Part shown: positions 58,720 through 64,000 of the stretch, in pieces
Layout: the number at the start of each line of letters is the position of its first letter
Numbering within the stretch: the stretch's first letter is position 1
DNA from: the human T2T-CHM13v2.0 reference genome, Homo sapiens
Strand: one strand, 5' to 3'
Length of the DNA: 64,000 nt
Assembly: GCF_009914755.1 (NCBI RefSeq)
Contig: NC_060939.1
The notes under the pieces: model-generated
What the model saw: the letters and a program-made list of their open reading frames with translations, nothing else
The model's database searches: none
Told to the model about the DNA's origin: nothing
Made by a program: the position numbers and the translations under genes

Positions 58720-59217
58720 CTTCTCTCCTAGATACAAGATATAAATCATTGTCCCAACAATGGCCAGTCCTAGCTCTTTTCAGTGCTCTGCCATAGGCAG
58801 GGTCCCCTCTGTGGAGGGTGCATGGCAATATATTCAAGCTTATGTACAAGGCATTTGAGGTCGAGGAATGGAAAAGTACCGAGGCACTGTGTGCATGTTG
58901 TTTGTGCATGCGACTGAAACTCCTTGACCCTGAAAACAGGGCAAGGAAAGGAATGTGTAGTAAGGAGCGCTGAAAACAGCCTCCTGAGACTATGGTCTAT
59001 GTGTATTTCCAAGGCCATATGTGCCTCATGGCCCAACTGCAAAGAGCCGCCTGGTGGATGCCTTTTGTTTGAATTGTAGTTTAAACAAGCTCTCTCAATA
59101 AATATTCGGTGGACAGACCTTGGAGCGGCACTCTCTCAGAGGAGCTGCTCCCCGCCCTGCTCAGCTGGAATTGTCTGAGTACTTCATTCTTGGCACTCAC
59201 TGCAGCCACAAGCTGCA
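58720..59217 (+). mobile_element. Probable ERV solo LTR (unassigned)
   Basis: LTR-like layout with TTTAAA box at ~59080, AATAAA at ~59097 and ..GCTGCA end; 5' boundary uncertain. Confidence 0.45.
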
Positions 59218-59387
59218 CCCTCAGATGAGGGGTTCACATCCCTTCACCTGCAGCAGCCTCTACTTGCCTCTGGACTTGGAGCTGCGCAGAACTGTAGCTT
59301 CAGTTTCACTTGCCATTGCATATTTCTGCCTTATCTCTGGTCAATAGAGATGTTTATCTGTTTTTCAAGAGCAGGCAGTCTTTTAAA

Positions 59388-59686
<299 letters not shown>

Positions 59687-60454
59687 TTATCTCTCATCGC
59701 TTTGTGTATGGCACAGATGGGGAGGTCTCAAAGGGTGAACTCAGAGTAAACTTGATGCATCTCAACCAGAAGTCCCGAGTGACCACTTCTTACTTTTCTG
59801 GCTCCAGCTTGTGGGTGTGAAGGAAGGGACATTAGCATGGATGTACCCCTTTGGCTGACTGCAGGGTCTCAGGCTCCCTCAGCCAACTGTCAGTTCTCCC
59901 CAGCTATTTCCTGGGTAGGCACCTCACAGGCACTCACAAGCCGGCCACTCACATCCAGTCACTCTGACAGCCTTTGGAGGGGATCTCTTCTTCCATTGTC
60001 CCATAGTTTGTGTCTCTTTGGAAAGCACCTCCCAGTGCAGGGGCTCTCCCCTGGGCCTCCAAAATTCACGACCCCTGAATAACCAAATAATACCAGAACC
60101 ACACCAAATTCCCTGCAAAATTAGGGAGAGCCCCCCACCTTCTTTCTTCAGGGTCTCAGATCAGAGTTCCAGGGCAAAGCTGGAGAAGAGACTCACACTC
60201 TCCCTTGTTCCCCAGGAACTATCTGAAGCCCCCCAATCCAACTTCCTCCTTAGTGGCAAATCGGCCTCAACAAGGCAAACTAGCTCAGGCAAGTGAGCTT
60301 GTCAGACACAACCCCACTCTGAATCCCACGCTGGGCTACCTTCTGCATGCAACTGGAAATAAACAAACATTCCATTTTAGCAGTGATTTTAATCTGGGCA
60401 AGTGGATTACACCGATTTTTACTCTTTTTTTGTGCTTTTAGGCTTTTTTTCTAA

Positions 60455-60730
<276 letters not shown>

Positions 60731-60842
60731 AATAATTAATGTTTATAATTTGTGTAATTATAAAAAAGTGTCATTGAGAGAAAAAAATCTCTCCTTCCAA
60801 AAGTTTTGTTAGAAAAAAGACGCTTTTAAAAATACATTTTCT

Positions 60843-61138
60843 GGCGAGGTGCGGTGGCTTACACCTGTAGTCCCAGCACTTTGGGAGGCTGAAGCAGGTG
60901 TATCACTTGAGGTCAGGAGTTCGAGACCAGTCTGCCCAACATGGTGAAACCCCACCTGTACTAAAAATACAAAAATTGGCTGGGCCTGGTGGTGCATGCC
61001 TGTAATCCCAGCTACTAGGGAGGCTGAGGCAGGAAAATCACTTGAGTCCAGGACACGGAGGTTGCAGTAAGCCAAGATCATGCCACTGCACTCCAGCCTG
61101 GGCAACAGAGTGAGACTTCGTCTCAAAAAAAAAAAAAA
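60843..61138 (+). mobile_element. Alu (S-like)
   Basis: Full Alu text with A tail. Confidence 0.93.
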
Positions 61139-61229
61139 TTTTTTTTCATGTTTATTACTTCCCTTTAAAAACTTGCATTTTGTCCAGATACTAGGATATG
61201 AACTAGATTGTTGTCAGAACTTTGGCAAG

Positions 61230-61850
61230 TATTGATGTGTTGCTCCATTGCTTAGCATTGCTTACTGGCTTCCTAGCTCCTAGGTAATCCTAGGCCTTTA
61301 GCTCTCTTCCTGCCAAATTTGTCATGACCTGACTCCTGCTCCCTGCTCCAGTTCTGCTTTCAAATGTGTGCGTCTCCAGGTCATTACCTGAACTGCTTAT
61401 AGTTCCCAGGACACAGAATGCATTCTCATTTCATGCCTTTCTACACGATCTTCTAGCTGCCCAGAATGTCCTTTTCCGTTTCCACCTGGCAAACTCCTAC
61501 TCATGTTCTAAAACCCACTACAGATCAGTCACTTTCACTGGGAAGTCTCCTCGGTTCTCCCTTCCCAATGCTGTCTCACAACACACTTCTGTATCTTCAT
61601 TTACCATGCTGGATTATCTTACTTGTCTCTGTGTATACAATCAGGGCCTGGATATAGTGTTTCCTAAGTATTTGTTGAATTGAGGCAGGTTTATTCATTC
61701 CACAAACATACATGGAATGCCCATGATATAGTGAGCACTGTGCTAGTTTCCTGGGATTCAAAACTAATGAGGCACAGATCTTGCCTTTAGGGGCTCACAG
61801 TCCAGAGGGACAGAAAGAGACACACACAGATAGTTACAATTACAGTGGGT
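61230..61850. mobile_element. L2 fragments (sense 3' end abutting an antisense 3' end)
   Basis: CACCTGGCAAACTCCTACTCAT.. then AGTATTTGTTGAATTGA / ATTCATTCCACAAACAT..AGCACTGTGCTAG. Confidence 0.7.
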
Positions 61851-62739
61851 ACCGGCAGCTCTGTCTCACATCTTCTCATTCTTGCTTTTTTCCCTTAACT
61901 GGCCATAACTTGAAAGTATAATTCATATTTACTGCTTGGCTTATTTCCTCAAAAGAATTTTCTGTTTCCTACATATTATTCCTGAACTGATTTAATGAAA
62001 TGTGTTTGTATTTCTCTCTTTACTTTGCCAGGAAAACTATTGAAACAGTCAAAGTAGCCTCCAAAATTGCTGCTCTCCAGGCATGGGAGCACCCCATTTC
62101 CAGAGATTACCAAAAGATCACTGAAATTCTGTAGAACTTGTCTTGGGACTGGCCCCAAACAAATGAGAACTGGCTGAATCTGTGGGTAGAAAAATATGTG
62201 AGTGACAGCAAAGAGGCTTCCAGTGAGCCCCTGCTGGTTCAGAAGACTTGACATGGCCAGCACCAAAGGATCCCTTTAGGGTACCCCCACCATGAGCCAC
62301 ATACTGGGAGAAATTTCTTGTAGCACTCTGCTTTAAAACAAAACCATAATGATAACTAATCATTTCCCTGATTTTGGAAATTAACCAGAGACATCTAAAA
62401 TCACCACTAGGACATCCCAATCTGCACCAGATGGCCAGGGTTATCAGCCAAAGCTGATCTCTTTCCAGGCAAAACAAAAAGTATAAACACTTTGAATTTT
62501 AATCGCAGAGCAGTATTACCTAAGTAATTATACAATTTCCCTTAAGTTTAAAACAAAATAGCTTGCAGGTCCCACTTTTTTCCCTAGGCTCTATGGGCTA
62601 GGAACCTCTGCAGGTGACTGTTTCAATATAGTTGTACACAATATGTTGAGACTGAGTATAGCTCCATGGGTGGTTAACTATACAATCTCCACAGTCAGCC
62701 CAATGTAGTTGTAAAATTTGTGCTGAGCCCACTGGACAC

Positions 62740-63620
62740 ATTACTTCACCTCTCTGTTTCACTTCCCTAATCAATAGAATGATGCCAACACCCACCAGAT
62801 AGGGCTGTGTTACGAATTAAACTGAGCAATACGTGCAAAGTTCTTAGCACAGTGCATGGCTCAGAGTAAGTGCTTAAACATTTTTGTTGATAATTGATAT
62901 TATTGTTATTGGCGAAGTCTTGCTTGACTTATAAGCAGGGCCTGCCTGGAGTTGTTGGTGATTTTTTTCACAGTATGTTCCTAGATAACCTAGCTTCACC
63001 ATAGTATTTTTGAGGAAAGGAAAGAGAAGATACTGGGCCAGATGGAAGACAGCTCATCCTTCCTAATAAAACTCTTGCCCCATTGCATTCCATGCTTCCT
63101 GGTTGGGATTTTTCTAGACCAACTCAGCCACCAGTTTTATGAGGGACTGTGGGTGTGAGCAGGTCTTTAGGAGTCAGGAAGAGGAGGAGTCAGGGGGGTG
63201 GCTACACAGTGCAGGCAGCTCAATGGACAGCAGTCTTTCTGGGACCTGTGATCTAGAAGACAGGAGAAGATGAACACATCTGGAGACCCAGCCCAGACGG
63301 GCCCTGAAGGCTGTAGAGGGTGAGTGGCTCATTTGTCCAGCTTTCCATGCCAGGGACAAGGGAAAGGTGGGATTATTTGCCTTTGTGGGATCTACAAAAG
63401 GTAACTGTGTCTGCCTTGGGCAGAAATCAGAAGATCTGAGCTCTATTCTTGCCTTGCTACTAGCAAGCTGGGCAATCTTGGATAAGTCACCAGCCCTCTC
63501 TGGGTCTGTTTTCTCATCTGTAAAATAAAGAACTGGCCAAGTCAGTGTAATAGCAATACCCAGCATTTGTACAATGCTTTCCAGTTGTACTTTTCCAAAC
63601 AGCATCTCATTTGGTCCTCA
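62740..63620. mobile_element. MIR fragments (~62740-62890 and ~63420-63620)
   Basis: AAAGTTCTTAGCACAGTGCATGGCTCAGAGTAAGTGCT; CTGTTTTCTCATCTGTAAAAT. Confidence 0.75.
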
Positions 63621-64000
63621 TAGCCCTTTGTTGGAGAGATGCTTGTGGGCTGGTCATTCAGCTGGTGCAAAGCAAGGCTGGACCTAAAATCCTGGTCTCC
63701 TGGGGTAAATTCTGGCCTCTGGTGAGCACATTGTTCCCCTTGAGCTCTGAAATCTGAAGATTCCCGCTCCTTCCTGCTACCTACAGTGTTACCTTCCTTC
63801 CCACCCTATTCCCTCACCACCTAGATCACTCTGGCTGTCCCAGTCTCTTCTCAGCCCCTTCCCAGAGTTACCTCTCCCCTTGCACAGGCCCACCACACTG
63901 ATCTTGTTTCTGAAAAGTGGGAGGTGAACAGCAGATACCTCCTCCCTGCCTTCCCTGCGTTAGCACTTGCATGCAGCCCTTTTTCCAGAATTCTCTCTGC

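Noticed and set aside
63174-63605. 143-aa minus-strand ORF
   Set aside because: N-terminal half is MIR-derived, non-ATG start, no homology I recognise

Overview
Human genomic DNA: it contains a human-specific AluYb8 and a full-length hominid SVA. Most of the window is interspersed repeat. This includes about 17 Alu/FLAM copies, several old and mid-age L1s, L2/MIR relics, and a dense set of ERV LTRs and proviral remnants: MST, MER50, LTR12F, LTR12C, MLT1, MER11, ERV-L pol relics, LTR7/HERV-H, an ERV3-like provirus with gag/pol/env remnants, MER4, MER57 with internal sequence, and two LTR10s. No complete host protein-coding gene is visible, and nearly all ORFs in the supplied track are repeat-derived or spurious. 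Two repeat-free islands carry plausible + strand exons: 9020-9118 and a terminal exon at 20396-~20690. The first ~21 kb may therefore be the 3' end of an unidentified gene, pseudogene or lncRNA, with the rest intergenic. I found no convincing novel biological system. The best leads are local: LTR promoters wired to splice sites, a hairpin-forming templated rearrangement inside L1 ORF1, a deletion-plus-microinversion at the HERV-H/Alu junction, a non-TE 55-bp duplication carrying a splice acceptor, and young, potentially polymorphic insertions. Repeat subfamily names come from my recollection of consensus sequences and need RepeatMasker/Dfam confirmation. Boundaries without a stated TSD are approximate.
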